NCBI GenBank assembly: GCA_036338695.1
Contig: JAYZBQ010000042.1
Location: 20,696 to 84,695 of the forward strand
Source: Myxococcota bacterium
GTDB lineage: Bacteria > Myxococcota > UBA4151
DNA length: 64,000 bases
Direction of reading: 5' to 3'
The position numbers and the translations under genes were made by a program. Below are positions 55,107-64,000 of this stretch, piece by piece. Every line of letters starts with the position of its first letter. The first letter of the stretch is position 1. A model generated the notes under the pieces. The model was not told the DNA's origin, did not search any database, and was given only the letters and a program-made list of their open reading frames with translations.

Positions 55107-56027
55107 AAAGCAAACGGTGCGCCGAGCCTACTCCCGGCGTTGGGCGCAGCGGTTTTGATCGCCTCAGTGGTGGTCTGGTTTGTCTCCAACAACAACTCGA
55201 TCTTTTTGCGCCAGCATGTCCACAAGCACACTCGCGCCATCCCTCAACCGATCCCGCGCATGCTCGCGCTCGCTGATTCGGTCGCAGACGTCCCGTCCGA
55301 CTACCTCGGCCGCATCGGCTGGCTCCCCCGCATCCCGAACTCCATCTCGAAGCGGGCGTTTAATCACGCCGAGCGCAGCCAACTCCTGCGCGTCTATCTG
55401 CGACTTGGCGAGATCGAGAGTCGACCGGTCAGCTGGTGTCCGGTCCCGGGTAAGCCCTGCAACGACCTCGTCTTTGTCGAATATGGGGACGAGCAAATTC
55501 TGCTCGATCCTGCGCGCGGCGGCGCGCTCAAACAGCGCGGCGCGTTCGTCCGACCCGGCGACCTCAAAGGGAGCTGGAGTTTCTGGCCGAGCGAGGTCCC
55601 TGAGCTGGTTTCCGCCCTTCGGCGCAGCGGGTTCATCGACGCGTGGCCGCGCGCTGTGGACCGAATCGACCAGCTGCTCGCTCAGCTCCTGACCGGTGCC
55701 TTTTTAGTCATCATCGTCTTGCTTCGCTTGCAGCGCCGGCAGCGCAACCAAGCCAAGAAACAAGGCAGCGGCCAGGGCGATGATCAGCGCCTGAGCGGCG
55801 CGCTCGAGACCAGCAAAGTAGAGTCCGAGCAGCGCCGCCACGATGAAGACGAGCTGCAGCGCGCCCTGGATGACCACCACGGCGACGCGGCCTGCGCCAC
55901 GATCGAGGAGCCGATGGGCGATGTGGTGTCGGCTCCCCCTGAAGGGGTTGAGACCCAAGCGCAGCCTGGTCACGATCAGTTGACCCACCTCGATAAACGG
56001 CAACGCGATCAAGGCGATCGGGACTAG
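55086..56027 (+). CDS. Membrane protein with a degenerate transglutaminase-like domain (ends uncertain)
   Basis: N-terminal TM, NHAERSQLLRVYLRLGEIESRPV...VFVEYGDEQILLDP, second TM plus a basic stretch. Only ORF spanning the whole 55107-55703 gap; its 3' end overlaps the wecA-like gene. Confidence 0.55.
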   Translation: MRWRDLHKANGAPSLLPALGAAVLIASVVVWFVSNNNSIFLRQHVHKHTRAIPQPIPRMLALADSVADVPSDYLGRIGWLPRIPNSISKRAFNHAERSQLLRVYLRLGEIESRPVSWCPVPGKPCNDLVFVEYGDEQILLDPARGGALKQRGAFVRPGDLKGSWSFWPSEVPELVSALRRSGFIDAWPRAVDRIDQLLAQLLTGAFLVIIVLLRLQRRQRNQAKKQGSGQGDDQRLSGALETSKVESEQRRHDEDELQRALDDHHGDAACATIEEPMGDVVSAPPEGVETQAQPGHDQLTHLDKRQRDQGDRD

Positions 56028-56762
56028 GTAGGGCATCCACCCACTCTGACCATCGTAGCGCGCCATCAGCGCGAGCATCGCCAAGCTGCTCCCTAGAAAA
56101 AGCGCGCCGGTATCGCCGAGGTATTGGCGCGCAGGCGGGCGGTTGATGCGCAGGAACCCGAACGCAGCGCCCGCAATGGCGGCGGCGAGTACGGCGAGCC
56201 GGAAATCGCCGACCATCCAGCCCAAGACACAAAACCCAAGCGCGCTCAGACCGCTCAAGCTGGCGGCGAGACCGTCATGAACATCGACCAAGTTTACGGC
56301 GTTGCAGCAGGCCAGCACCCACAGCACCGTCAAGCCGACCTGAGCCGCCTGCGGCAAGCTGATGAGGTACACAGCCACCCCAGCCTTGATGAGCACGGCG
56401 CACGCAAGCAGCTGACCCAACAACTTATCACGGGGCGTGAGCTGGGTCAGGTCGTCGAGTAGCCCGACCGCCATAAACAGGGTGCCTCCCAGCAACATCC
56501 CGAGCACCTGTGGGTCATCAAAGAGATCATTGGGCGCTTTGTCGCCGATCGGCAAGGTCACTGCGAGCGCGGTGAGGACGCTGATGTAGACCGCAAGCCC
56601 GCCCAGATAAGCGACCGGCTCGCTCTGGGTTTTGAGCGCCTGATCCGGAGCATCCACCACCCCATAGCGCCGGGCAGCGTCTGCGAGCTTAGGCGCCAGA
56701 TAAACGCAGCTGATGAGCGCCAGAGCGAAGGTGGCGACGAGCGAGGCGACGGCGCTGATCAT
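55704..56762 (-). CDS. WecA/MraY-family polyprenyl-phosphate sugar-1-phosphate transferase
   Basis: P.AYLGGLA, GLLDD, NAVNLVDVHDGL, NRPPARQYLGDTGA, HIAHRL. Start 56762 by ATGA overlap. Confidence 0.9.
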   Translation of the reverse strand: MISAVASLVATFALALISCVYLAPKLADAARRYGVVDAPDQALKTQSEPVAYLGGLAVYISVLTALAVTLPIGDKAPNDLFDDPQVLGMLLGGTLFMAVGLLDDLTQLTPRDKLLGQLLACAVLIKAGVAVYLISLPQAAQVGLTVLWVLACCNAVNLVDVHDGLAASLSGLSALGFCVLGWMVGDFRLAVLAAAIAGAAFGFLRINRPPARQYLGDTGALFLGSSLAMLALMARYDGQSGWMPYLVPIALIALPFIEVGQLIVTRLRLGLNPFRGSRHHIAHRLLDRGAGRVAVVVIQGALQLVFIVAALLGLYFAGLERAAQALIIALAAALFLGLVALPALQAKQDDDD

Positions 56763-57811
56763 GCGGTCGCCAAGTTGCGATACATCAGCGCCAGCCTGGG
56801 TGCCCAATGCTCAACACTGTAGGCTTGCGCCACGAGCTCGCGACCTTGCTCGGCGAGCCGTCGCCGAAGGCTACCCGATCGAAGGCGAAGGAGCGCAGCC
56901 GCCCACTCCTCGCTCGTCTCCGCCAACATGACGCCCCCTTGTGGCGAGAGCTTGACGTTCATTCCGACAGGCGAGGCGACCGCCGGCAGCCCAGCCGCCT
57001 GGTATTGCAGCAGCTTGAGCGCACACTTCCCCTCCGCCCAGGGCGTATCCGGTAGCGGCATCAAGCCCACGTGCGCGGCGCGCATCGCTCGGCGCTCGGC
57101 GTCCTCACTCCAGGCCACGACCTGCGCATCGAGACCGTCGAGGTCGACCTTCGGGTCCGTCACCACGGTCAAACGCACCAAACCCTCTCGGATCAGCGGC
57201 GAGAGCGCCTCGCGCACCGTCAGGAGCTGAGCCACGTTCGCCGGCAGGCCGACCCAGACCAACCGCAGCGGCTCCGCAGCCTCGAGCTCGTCGTGCGCAG
57301 CGAGCTGGTCGCTCGGGTAGTGATCGAGGTTCACACAGGTTGGGACCACCAACGGTCTCCCGCCCGCCTGCCTGACCGCCTGCGCCAACACCTCATTGCC
57401 GACTATCACCGCATCAGCCGATCCAAACCACGCCTCCATTTTGGCGCGTCGATGCGGCACGAGGTGATGCGCGTCATCGAGCTCGATGACCACCGGCGCT
57501 TGGGCGCCGAGCAGCAAACGTTCCACGCCGACAGGCAGCAAAGGCACCAGCTCTTGCTCGATAACCAGCAGGTCGGCGCGCTGCGGCCGAGCGCTGCTCA
57601 CCAGCCGTGACAGCCCGTAAAAAGCGCCGAGCGACAGCCGCCGCCAGGCTCCTCCGCCGGGGCGTCCGCTGCGCATCCAAGAGGCGCCGAACATCGGCTC
57701 GATGTTCAGCTCAACACCCTCTTCGGACAGAGCCGCAGCGAACTGATAGGCTCGATAGCGACTCGACGGGTAGCTGCGCTCGCCCTTGCTGAAGTAGCGC
57801 ACCCTGAGCAT
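56759..57811 (-). CDS. GT4-family glycosyltransferase
   Basis: PSSRYR, ELDDA, GKCALKLLQYQAAGLPAVASPVG. Start 57811 by TGATG overlap. Confidence 0.88.
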   Translation of the reverse strand: MLRVRYFSKGERSYPSSRYRAYQFAAALSEEGVELNIEPMFGASWMRSGRPGGGAWRRLSLGAFYGLSRLVSSARPQRADLLVIEQELVPLLPVGVERLLLGAQAPVVIELDDAHHLVPHRRAKMEAWFGSADAVIVGNEVLAQAVRQAGGRPLVVPTCVNLDHYPSDQLAAHDELEAAEPLRLVWVGLPANVAQLLTVREALSPLIREGLVRLTVVTDPKVDLDGLDAQVVAWSEDAERRAMRAAHVGLMPLPDTPWAEGKCALKLLQYQAAGLPAVASPVGMNVKLSPQGGVMLAETSEEWAAALLRLRSGSLRRRLAEQGRELVAQAYSVEHWAPRLALMYRNLATA

Positions 57812-58755
57812 CAAAAATCCTTTAGGTCCTTGAGAATCTGCCGGAACGCCGCATTGCGACTTTTGCGCACCTCCGGCGTCAACCCCAGCTGTCTGCCCAG
57901 CACCGTCCACGCGCCCATGCGAAGCGCCGCCCCGCCGATCACCATAGTCTTCACGGCGTTCGCCGACCACGGGCCATGCGCTTTACGGTAATAACGAATC
58001 ATCGACTCGAAGAAGTGGTGGATCGCTCGACCCCAGACCTGGTCGGCGCTGCGCCCCGCAAGGTGCTGAACCTGCGCGCCGGACAGGAAACGAATCCGCC
58101 GCCCGGCTGCGAGCACTCGGCGACACCAATCCACCTCTTCGAAATACAAGAAAAACCGCTCGTCCAGCTCGCCGATCTGGCTCAGGAGCTCGCAGCAGAA
58201 AAGGAGGGCTGCCCCCTGAGGTTGGTCGACGTCTCGGTCGCTGCGGTGGTCAAAGGCGTGCATCATGTAGTCGCCAACACGCGGGAGCGACGGGAAGGCC
58301 TTGTCGAGATAACTCAGATGCCAAAACGCCGACTCAAGGGTCGGCAGCTGGCGACAGGACGGGCTCACCTCGCCCGCCTCATCCAGCAGCTGCGGCGCGC
58401 AGGCGCCGAGCTCGGGGTCCTCGTCCATCGCCTCGATCATCACGCTCAGGGCATCGCCGACCACGCGACAGTCTGGGTTGAGCAGCATAAAGTAGCGCCC
58501 CTGCGCCTGCCGCAGCGCCTGATTGTTCGCCGCCGCAAAACCTCGGTTGTCCTCATTGCGAATCGAACGCACCAACGGGTGATGCTCGAAGTCATCGAGG
58601 ACCGCCTGCGTCGGTGCGCCGCTTGCGTTGTCCACGACGATGACCTCGAGACGATGTCTCGGCGCCGACTCCACGACCGAGTCCAGGCAATCACGCAGCT
58701 CATCCGCTACATGGTAACTCACGATGCTGACCGTTAGGTCGACGCGATCGGTCAT
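57811..58755 (-). CDS. GT2-family glycosyltransferase (WbbL-like)
   Basis: VVDNAS, NRGFAAANN, LLNPD, LDERFFLYFEEVDWC. Confidence 0.9.
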   Translation of the reverse strand: MTDRVDLTVSIVSYHVADELRDCLDSVVESAPRHRLEVIVVDNASGAPTQAVLDDFEHHPLVRSIRNEDNRGFAAANNQALRQAQGRYFMLLNPDCRVVGDALSVMIEAMDEDPELGACAPQLLDEAGEVSPSCRQLPTLESAFWHLSYLDKAFPSLPRVGDYMMHAFDHRSDRDVDQPQGAALLFCCELLSQIGELDERFFLYFEEVDWCRRVLAAGRRIRFLSGAQVQHLAGRSADQVWGRAIHHFFESMIRYYRKAHGPWSANAVKTMVIGGAALRMGAWTVLGRQLGLTPEVRKSRNAAFRQILKDLKDF

Positions 58756-59522
58756 TTCAGATCTCGACGCTCAAAGGTCCAGCAAGCGATGGTGAGCATC
58801 ACGGCGACATACAGGAGCCCGTAGGCAAAGAGCATGGCGACGTGACCACCGTCCGGAGGCTGGCTGTGAATCAACAGGTTCATGGGGTCGAGGCGGCCGA
58901 GGTTAGGGAGCACCGTATAGGAGGCCTTCATCGCCGCGGCGAGCCCGTCGTTCTTGGCGAGCGCAGCGAGCTCCTGAAGCTCGACGCTCAGCCTCCCAAT
59001 CACCCAAAAGCAGAACCCGAACGTCGCCGATAAGGTCGGCGTCGAGAACGATGAGAACACCACCGAGATCGAGAGCACGACCAGCATCTCGACGTAGATC
59101 AAGCCGAGGCTGACGACGAAGTGATCGAACGCGGGCCAATTGCTGACCATCAGCACCACCTTGACCAACATCCCCCCGACGATGGTGTTGATGGCGAGCA
59201 CGACGGCTAACCCCAGATAGCGCCCGAGCACGAACACGTAGCGCCGGATCGGTCGGCTCACGATCGTGTAGAGCGTCCTTCGCTCGACCTCATGGGCGAT
59301 CAAACCCGCCCCGAGGAACACGGCGAGGAGGTTGCCAACGACCGCAAGCACCGTGAAGCTCACCGTGTGGATGACGCGCTGGTGCTGACCGATGGTCAGA
59401 CCGGTCATCAAGAGGCTGACCCCGACCATCAAGGCTGCAAAGACCGCAAGGTTCACGAAGACGCGTTTGCGAAACGCCTCGCGTACGGTGAGCTGTGCGA
59501 TCGCAAGTACCGAGCCGGTCAC
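58752..59522 (-). CDS. ABC transporter permease, myxobacterial PilI-like
   Basis: About 6 TM; EVERRTLYTIVSRPI.R...LGRYLG; C-terminal FERRDL. Confidence 0.85.
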   Translation of the reverse strand: MTGSVLAIAQLTVREAFRKRVFVNLAVFAALMVGVSLLMTGLTIGQHQRVIHTVSFTVLAVVGNLLAVFLGAGLIAHEVERRTLYTIVSRPIRRYVFVLGRYLGLAVVLAINTIVGGMLVKVVLMVSNWPAFDHFVVSLGLIYVEMLVVLSISVVFSSFSTPTLSATFGFCFWVIGRLSVELQELAALAKNDGLAAAMKASYTVLPNLGRLDPMNLLIHSQPPDGGHVAMLFAYGLLYVAVMLTIACWTFERRDLK

Positions 59523-60418
59523 GACGCGCCCCCCTCACCAAAGTCATCGAAGAACAGCTCTTCAAGGCTCCTTCGTTCACGCTGACAACGCAAGACGCTG
59601 ACGCCCGCCCGCTGGAGTTCACCGAGCAGCGCCTGCGCCGACCCCTCATCGTCGCAGAAGCGGTGAAAGCCCTCCGCCGTCTTGACCCATTCACCCTCGG
59701 CGGGCTGCTGGCGCGTGACCACCTCAAACCGCTGCCCGGAGAGCAAGGACTCGATCGTCCCCGACAGGACATTGCGCCCCTGACGAACGACGGTGATCCG
59801 ATCGGCTACCTCCTCCACGTCATTGAGCACATGAGAGCTAAACAAAACCGTCTTCCCTTGCGCCTTGAGCCCCTCCATCAATCGCCGAACGTCGCGCCGG
59901 CCGACCGGGTCAAGACCGGACATAGGCTCATCGAGTATGACCAGATCGGGGTCGTGCAACACGGCCTGCGCCAGCCCAATGCGCTGCAGCATCCCCTTCG
60001 AGAAGCCGCGCAGCGGTCGGTCCTGCACACCGGGTAACCCGACGAGGTTGAGCACCTCATCGATCCGGCCGGGCAGGGCGTCGCGCGCCATCCCCGAGAG
60101 GACGCCGTAAAACGTAAGGAACTCCTCAGCACGTAGGAAGTCATGGAAGGTCGGAAACTCGGGCATAAAGCCCAAAATCCGGCGCGCTTGCGGCGAGCCG
60201 ACGGGCTCTCCTGCGATGGTCGCCGACCCGGCGCTCGCCTGAATGATGCCCGTCAGGATCTTCAAGGTGGTGCTTTTGCCAGCACCGTTTGGGCCCAAAA
60301 ATCCAAAGATCTCGTTGGACTCAACGGTCAAGTCCAGGTGTTCAAGCCCCACCACCTCACGACGCAAGAAGGGCGAGCGGTACACTTTCTTGAGGCCACG
60401 AATTTCAATCACGCTCAT
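59519..60418 (-). CDS. ABC transporter ATPase, myxobacterial PilH-like
   Basis: GPNGAGKST, FSKGM signature, ILDEP, SSH. Confidence 0.9.
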   Translation of the reverse strand: MSVIEIRGLKKVYRSPFLRREVVGLEHLDLTVESNEIFGFLGPNGAGKSTTLKILTGIIQASAGSATIAGEPVGSPQARRILGFMPEFPTFHDFLRAEEFLTFYGVLSGMARDALPGRIDEVLNLVGLPGVQDRPLRGFSKGMLQRIGLAQAVLHDPDLVILDEPMSGLDPVGRRDVRRLMEGLKAQGKTVLFSSHVLNDVEEVADRITVVRQGRNVLSGTIESLLSGQRFEVVTRQQPAEGEWVKTAEGFHRFCDDEGSAQALLGELQRAGVSVLRCQRERRSLEELFFDDFGEGGAS

Positions 60419-61308
60419 TTGAGTATCTCAGCAAAACCCGGGGGACCGAGCTCACAACTGTCTCCGATTTCGTAGGGCGCGCCCGAGGGACTACGCGGGA
60501 TCTGAGTCAACCGATTATCGATCAACTCGGCAAGGTCTGAAGGGCAGGCCATCTCTTCACCCCGGCGCGCTCGGTACCGTTCCAGCGCGCCCTTTAGCGC
60601 CGTGAGGTCCAGCTCCATCTGCAACGCGCTCAGGCGCTCCTCCACCCTGAGCTTGAGCAACGGGTCGTCGGTGTTCTCGACCAGGCGCGCCAGCAGATCA
60701 AAAGCCTCCGTCGCACGCGCCTGCGCTTTAAGGTGACGACTTGCGAGGAGCCCGAGCCACTCGGGACTCTCAGGCAGCGCTGCCGCCGCCGAGAACCCTT
60801 CGGCCATGCAGCGCTGGTCGCCCGTGTGCTGCAAACAATTCGAGGCTCGGATGTACGGGATCTTCCAGACGTCGGGGCGCGCCTGATGCCCGCGCTGCAA
60901 CAACCTGTTCGCTGCGTCGACGTTCTCTCCCGACGGACCGACCGCCGCCACACCACCAAAGCGATAAGCATACTCAAACAACGGATCGAGCGCGACGACC
61001 CGCTCAAGGAACGGAACCAACAAACGAAAGTGGCCATCTTCGACGTTCCGCTGCGCGCCATAATACTGAATCGACGCCAGCCACATCATGTCGGAGGCGA
61101 AGTGACGAAACCCCAAGGAACTGAGCTTGAGCGCCAGCTCTGGCGGGGGATCCGGCCAGGGCTGCGCCTGCGCGCGAGCCGCCTCACGACGGTCGAGATC
61201 GGCATGAGCCCACAACGTCACCGGCACCCAGAGCGCCAGGAGCGCAACCCAAGCAGCGCCCCTCACCTTGACGCCCCAGGCCATGGAGCGAGCGGCGGTC
61301 GCGGCCAC
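60415..61308 (-). CDS. Myxobacterial PilG/XapA-like pilus accessory protein (start uncertain)
   Basis: N-terminal TM; SLGF....SD..WL..IQYYG; LDP.F..AY; C-terminal CP..L.EL...P..P.G..Y; located upstream of the pilH/pilI-like genes. Confidence 0.75.
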   Translation of the reverse strand: MAATAARSMAWGVKVRGAAWVALLALWVPVTLWAHADLDRREAARAQAQPWPDPPPELALKLSSLGFRHFASDMMWLASIQYYGAQRNVEDGHFRLLVPFLERVVALDPLFEYAYRFGGVAAVGPSGENVDAANRLLQRGHQARPDVWKIPYIRASNCLQHTGDQRCMAEGFSAAAALPESPEWLGLLASRHLKAQARATEAFDLLARLVENTDDPLLKLRVEERLSALQMELDLTALKGALERYRARRGEEMACPSDLAELIDNRLTQIPRSPSGAPYEIGDSCELGPPGFAEILK

Positions 61309-63137
61309 GAAGCAAAGCGCTCGACCACTGCAGACCGGTCGTTCGCGTCAACAAGGTCACCCAAAAGCTTGATCTCCAGGCGTGTCATCACCCGCCCAAG
61401 GTGGATTTTGCACTCGCTTTGACGATCTTCGCAATAGCGCGTGAGCATCTGGCGCCGAATTGCCGCGGCAGCCTCGAGGTGCGCCTCCGCTTCGAGCGGG
61501 TGGAGCCCTGCGAGCGCCAGGAAACCCAGCCTAAAGTTGGGCTCGAGCCGAACGGCCATCGCCAATGCACTGCGAGCTGCCTGAGCATAGCCGAGACCGA
61601 GCGCTGCCTGCGCATACGCATAGCGATCCAGCGCCTGCATGGGCTGCAGCTGCAACAAGACCTGTCCATGCTCGAGACGCCGCAAGGCCGTTGCGACACT
61701 GCCGGCGCCGTGTGCGGCGGCTCGAGCATACGTGGCCATCGCCAGGCGGCGTAGCTCGGGTCGAGCGGGCGCTCGGCGAACCGCGGCCTCGATCTGACGA
61801 GAAGCGCCCTCCCAATCTTGCGCACGCACATGAATGCTGGCTGCTGCGGCGAGCGGATCGGGATCCAGCGGGTTCCACTCACCTGCGCGCCGCAGACGCG
61901 CCAGGGCTCGCCCGTCGATCACGCCCTGTCGAGCGGCGAGGCGATCCAACCTGAGCGCCTGGCGCTCAAGGACCTGCGCATAGCCGACCGGCGCGGCGCA
62001 GGCGACCATCACGCTCACCGGCGCCCAGAACAAACCCACTGGCACACGCCATGGTAGCGCGGGTCCTAAGCGCCAAAGCGCCATCGCGTGCACCAGCAAA
62101 AGCGTCCGAACGGTGCCGCTCTGCCAGGTCCCGTCGACCGCAGCGTGAGCGAGCATGCCGCTCAGCGCCAGAACCTCGGGCGCACGCCTGAGATGAACCA
62201 AGCTGGCGCCTGCGCAGAGCAACAAAAGCGCCACACCCAGAGGGCTGTGATCGACGAGGAGCTGAAGCCACTCGCTGTGAGCCGACTCGCCGGCTTCGCC
62301 TCGCAGGTAACGGTAGACCGGACCGTCGGCCGGGACGCGCCGCTTGAGGCCATACCAACCAAACTGACGCGTTCCGACGCCGGCGGGAACGTCCTGGCTG
62401 ACCTGCCATGCGGAGCGCCACCACATGGCGCGGCCGTGGGCGTGGGGATCCTCCGCCAAGCGCGCCAAGCGGTGCGCGGCGAAAGGCACCATCAACAGCG
62501 AGAGCGAGAGCGCAGCCAGCCACGCGCGGCGATCGCCACGCTGCGAGATCACGTAGACTCCGACCATGATGAGCGCGGCGAGCATCCCGCCGCGCGAACC
62601 CGTTGCAGCCAGTCCCCCCAGGCAAAGCGCCGCTACGATCACCTGGTCACGGCGAGCCTCAAGATACAGGCTTAGCGGGACGATGCCGACCAAAACAGCG
62701 GCGCTGACGTTGGGGTTGGTGAACAAGACGGCGGCGCGTGCCGAGCCGGCAGCATAAGCAAGCAGGTGCGCTCCGCCGAGCCCTGCGCCCAACCACGCCA
62801 CGCCCCGTAAACTCGCCACCCGGCTCGCCCCGGAACGCGCGACGACGAAACCCGCCGCAACCGGGCCTGCCCAGCCGAGCGTCCAGGTCCATGCGCTGGC
62901 CGGATCCACCACGCCGAACGCATCGCTGACCCAAACGCATCCGATGCTCACCGCTGCAAGCCCTGAGAGCGTTGCGCGCAGCGATCGCACGGACTCACCG
63001 CCCCGCACGATGAGGAGCGCAGCGATCAGCCAGGTTAGACCAATCGCAGCGCTTGCGAGCTCTGGGCTCCACCGCGTGGACAAGAACGTAACCACCCACG
63101 CCGCTGTGATCACATACGATGCGAAGCGTTCAAACAT
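61263..63137 (-). CDS. O-antigen-ligase-like (Wzy_C) oligosaccharyltransferase with C-terminal TPRs
   Basis: About 12 TM; FTNPN, TGSRGG, R...W, P.GVG...F, AHSEWLQ; directly downstream of pilA. Confidence 0.85.
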   Translation of the reverse strand: MFERFASYVITAAWVVTFLSTRWSPELASAAIGLTWLIAALLIVRGGESVRSLRATLSGLAAVSIGCVWVSDAFGVVDPASAWTWTLGWAGPVAAGFVVARSGASRVASLRGVAWLGAGLGGAHLLAYAAGSARAAVLFTNPNVSAAVLVGIVPLSLYLEARRDQVIVAALCLGGLAATGSRGGMLAALIMVGVYVISQRGDRRAWLAALSLSLLMVPFAAHRLARLAEDPHAHGRAMWWRSAWQVSQDVPAGVGTRQFGWYGLKRRVPADGPVYRYLRGEAGESAHSEWLQLLVDHSPLGVALLLLCAGASLVHLRRAPEVLALSGMLAHAAVDGTWQSGTVRTLLLVHAMALWRLGPALPWRVPVGLFWAPVSVMVACAAPVGYAQVLERQALRLDRLAARQGVIDGRALARLRRAGEWNPLDPDPLAAAASIHVRAQDWEGASRQIEAAVRRAPARPELRRLAMATYARAAAHGAGSVATALRRLEHGQVLLQLQPMQALDRYAYAQAALGLGYAQAARSALAMAVRLEPNFRLGFLALAGLHPLEAEAHLEAAAAIRRQMLTRYCEDRQSECKIHLGRVMTRLEIKLLGDLVDANDRSAVVERFASWPRPPLAPWPGASR

Positions 63138-63163
63138 GACGACTCGGAGTCCCTGGCTTTAGC

Positions 63164-63202
63164 AAAAAAAGCAAACCCCCTGGACATGCCAGGGGGTCGC
63201 TT
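63164..63202 (-). terminator. Intrinsic terminator after pilA
   Basis: Minus strand GCGACCCCCTGG-catgt-CCAGGGGGTTTGC followed by TTTTTTT. Confidence 0.85.
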
Positions 63203-63252
63203 CACGCAGACACAGGCGCTCGAGGATCACCTGCGTCAGCTTGACGTGACGA

Positions 63253-63750
63253 TTAGACGCAGTCGTTGTCGTCGTTAGTCAGGCTGTTTGCGTCGGTCAT
63301 ACGCCACGAATCGATATCTTCGTTGTTATCGATGTTACCCGTTGCGCAGCTGGTGAACATGTCGTTCGCCGCCTCTGCTTGGGTGTGGTTCGGCGGAGTG
63401 CTGCAGTTGTTCTGAGTCGTGGTCACGCCGTTGCACATGGCACGCGGGAAGCCGGAGTTCGACTGCGGGCCCTGCTCACACGGACGGCAATCACGAGGGG
63501 TGTTGCAGTAGGTGTAGCGGTTACCTGGCTCCGGATCGAAGCCGATGGTGTTGAGCGCCGAGTACTCATCATACTCTGCGAAGTAAGACTTCTGAGCCTG
63601 GAAGAGCGCCTTCAGGTTGCTCTTGGCTTCCGACTGCTTCGCGCGGCACTGGAACTTGATGAAGTTCGGGATGGCGATCATCGCCAAAATACCAATAATC
63701 GCAACCACGATCATCAGCTCGATCAAAGTAAAGCCCTTTTTAATCTTCAT
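63253..63750 (-). CDS. pilA: Type IVa major pilin
   Basis: KKG|FTLIELMIVVAIIGILAMIAIPNFIKFQ.RAKQSEAK.NLKA (myxobacterial PilA-like). Start 63750 with RBS AGGAAGG. Confidence 0.95.
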   Translation of the reverse strand: MKIKKGFTLIELMIVVAIIGILAMIAIPNFIKFQCRAKQSEAKSNLKALFQAQKSYFAEYDEYSALNTIGFDPEPGNRYTYCNTPRDCRPCEQGPQSNSGFPRAMCNGVTTTQNNCSTPPNHTQAEAANDMFTSCATGNIDNNEDIDSWRMTDANSLTNDDNDCV

Positions 63751-63845
63751 GTTAGGCTTCCTTCCTTTCATGGACCTTGTAAAACAGTCCGGTGTGAGTC
63801 CTCGATGCCCACAGCGGACATCGCTTCTGTTTCGCTTATCTTAGC

Positions 63846-63861
63846 AGCAAATGACGTGCCA
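63846..63861 (-). promoter_or_regulatory. Sigma54 promoter of pilA
   Basis: TGGCAC-GTCAT-TTGCT, a consensus match. pilA is sigma54/PilR-dependent in Myxococcus and Pseudomonas. Confidence 0.85.
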
Positions 63862-64000
63862 ACTCACATCACAACTGCATTATCAACAACTTATACTTCT
63901 TTGATCCTCATTGAGACGCTCCAACTGACCAAAATGGGCACCTTTCTCGCAACCTGCGACGCGGGGATCGTCACCCCTTGTCACTCGGGAGTGTAGACAC

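Overview
High-GC bacterial chromosomal segment (about 60-65% GC by eye). The gene content points to a Myxococcota/Bradymonadia-type deltaproteobacterium: pilA-pilG-pilH-pilI, a myxobacterial-type T3SS cassette, GYF_2/TPR proteins, a eukaryotic-like Ser/Thr kinase and many acidic Cys-rich lipoproteins. The housekeeping scaffold is rnr, aidB-like, tRNA-Leu-tig-clpP-clpX-lon, gshB/gshA and four tRNAs (Leu-CAG, Leu-TAA, Val-TAC, Leu-TAG). Most of the rest encodes cell-surface machinery. Highlights: (1) A 2351-aa secreted protein whose first Fn3-like repeat carries a ~140-aa Tyr/Arg/Trp insert. It has two arms of about equal length around a perfectly symmetric six-Cys ladder (C-x3-C-x5-C-x8-C-x5-C-x3-C), a candidate ultralong beta-hairpin spear with a tachyplesin/theta-defensin-like tip. 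(2) A 55-aa gene absent from the ORF track (signal peptide, Gly12, AEP-TM-RR), with a sigma54 promoter, directly upstream of an exosortase that converges on a GYF-TPR-CPBP protease fusion. (3) An orphan T3SS cassette in yscE-F-G-H-I-like order with a FliA-type sigma inserted, and a shared sigma28-like motif in front of the needle-like and rod-like genes. (4) A type IV pilin locus with a built-in O-glycosylation set plus a fimU-pilVWX-pilY1 cluster. No CRISPR array, integrase or transposase was seen. All family calls come from motif reading by eye, not database searches.
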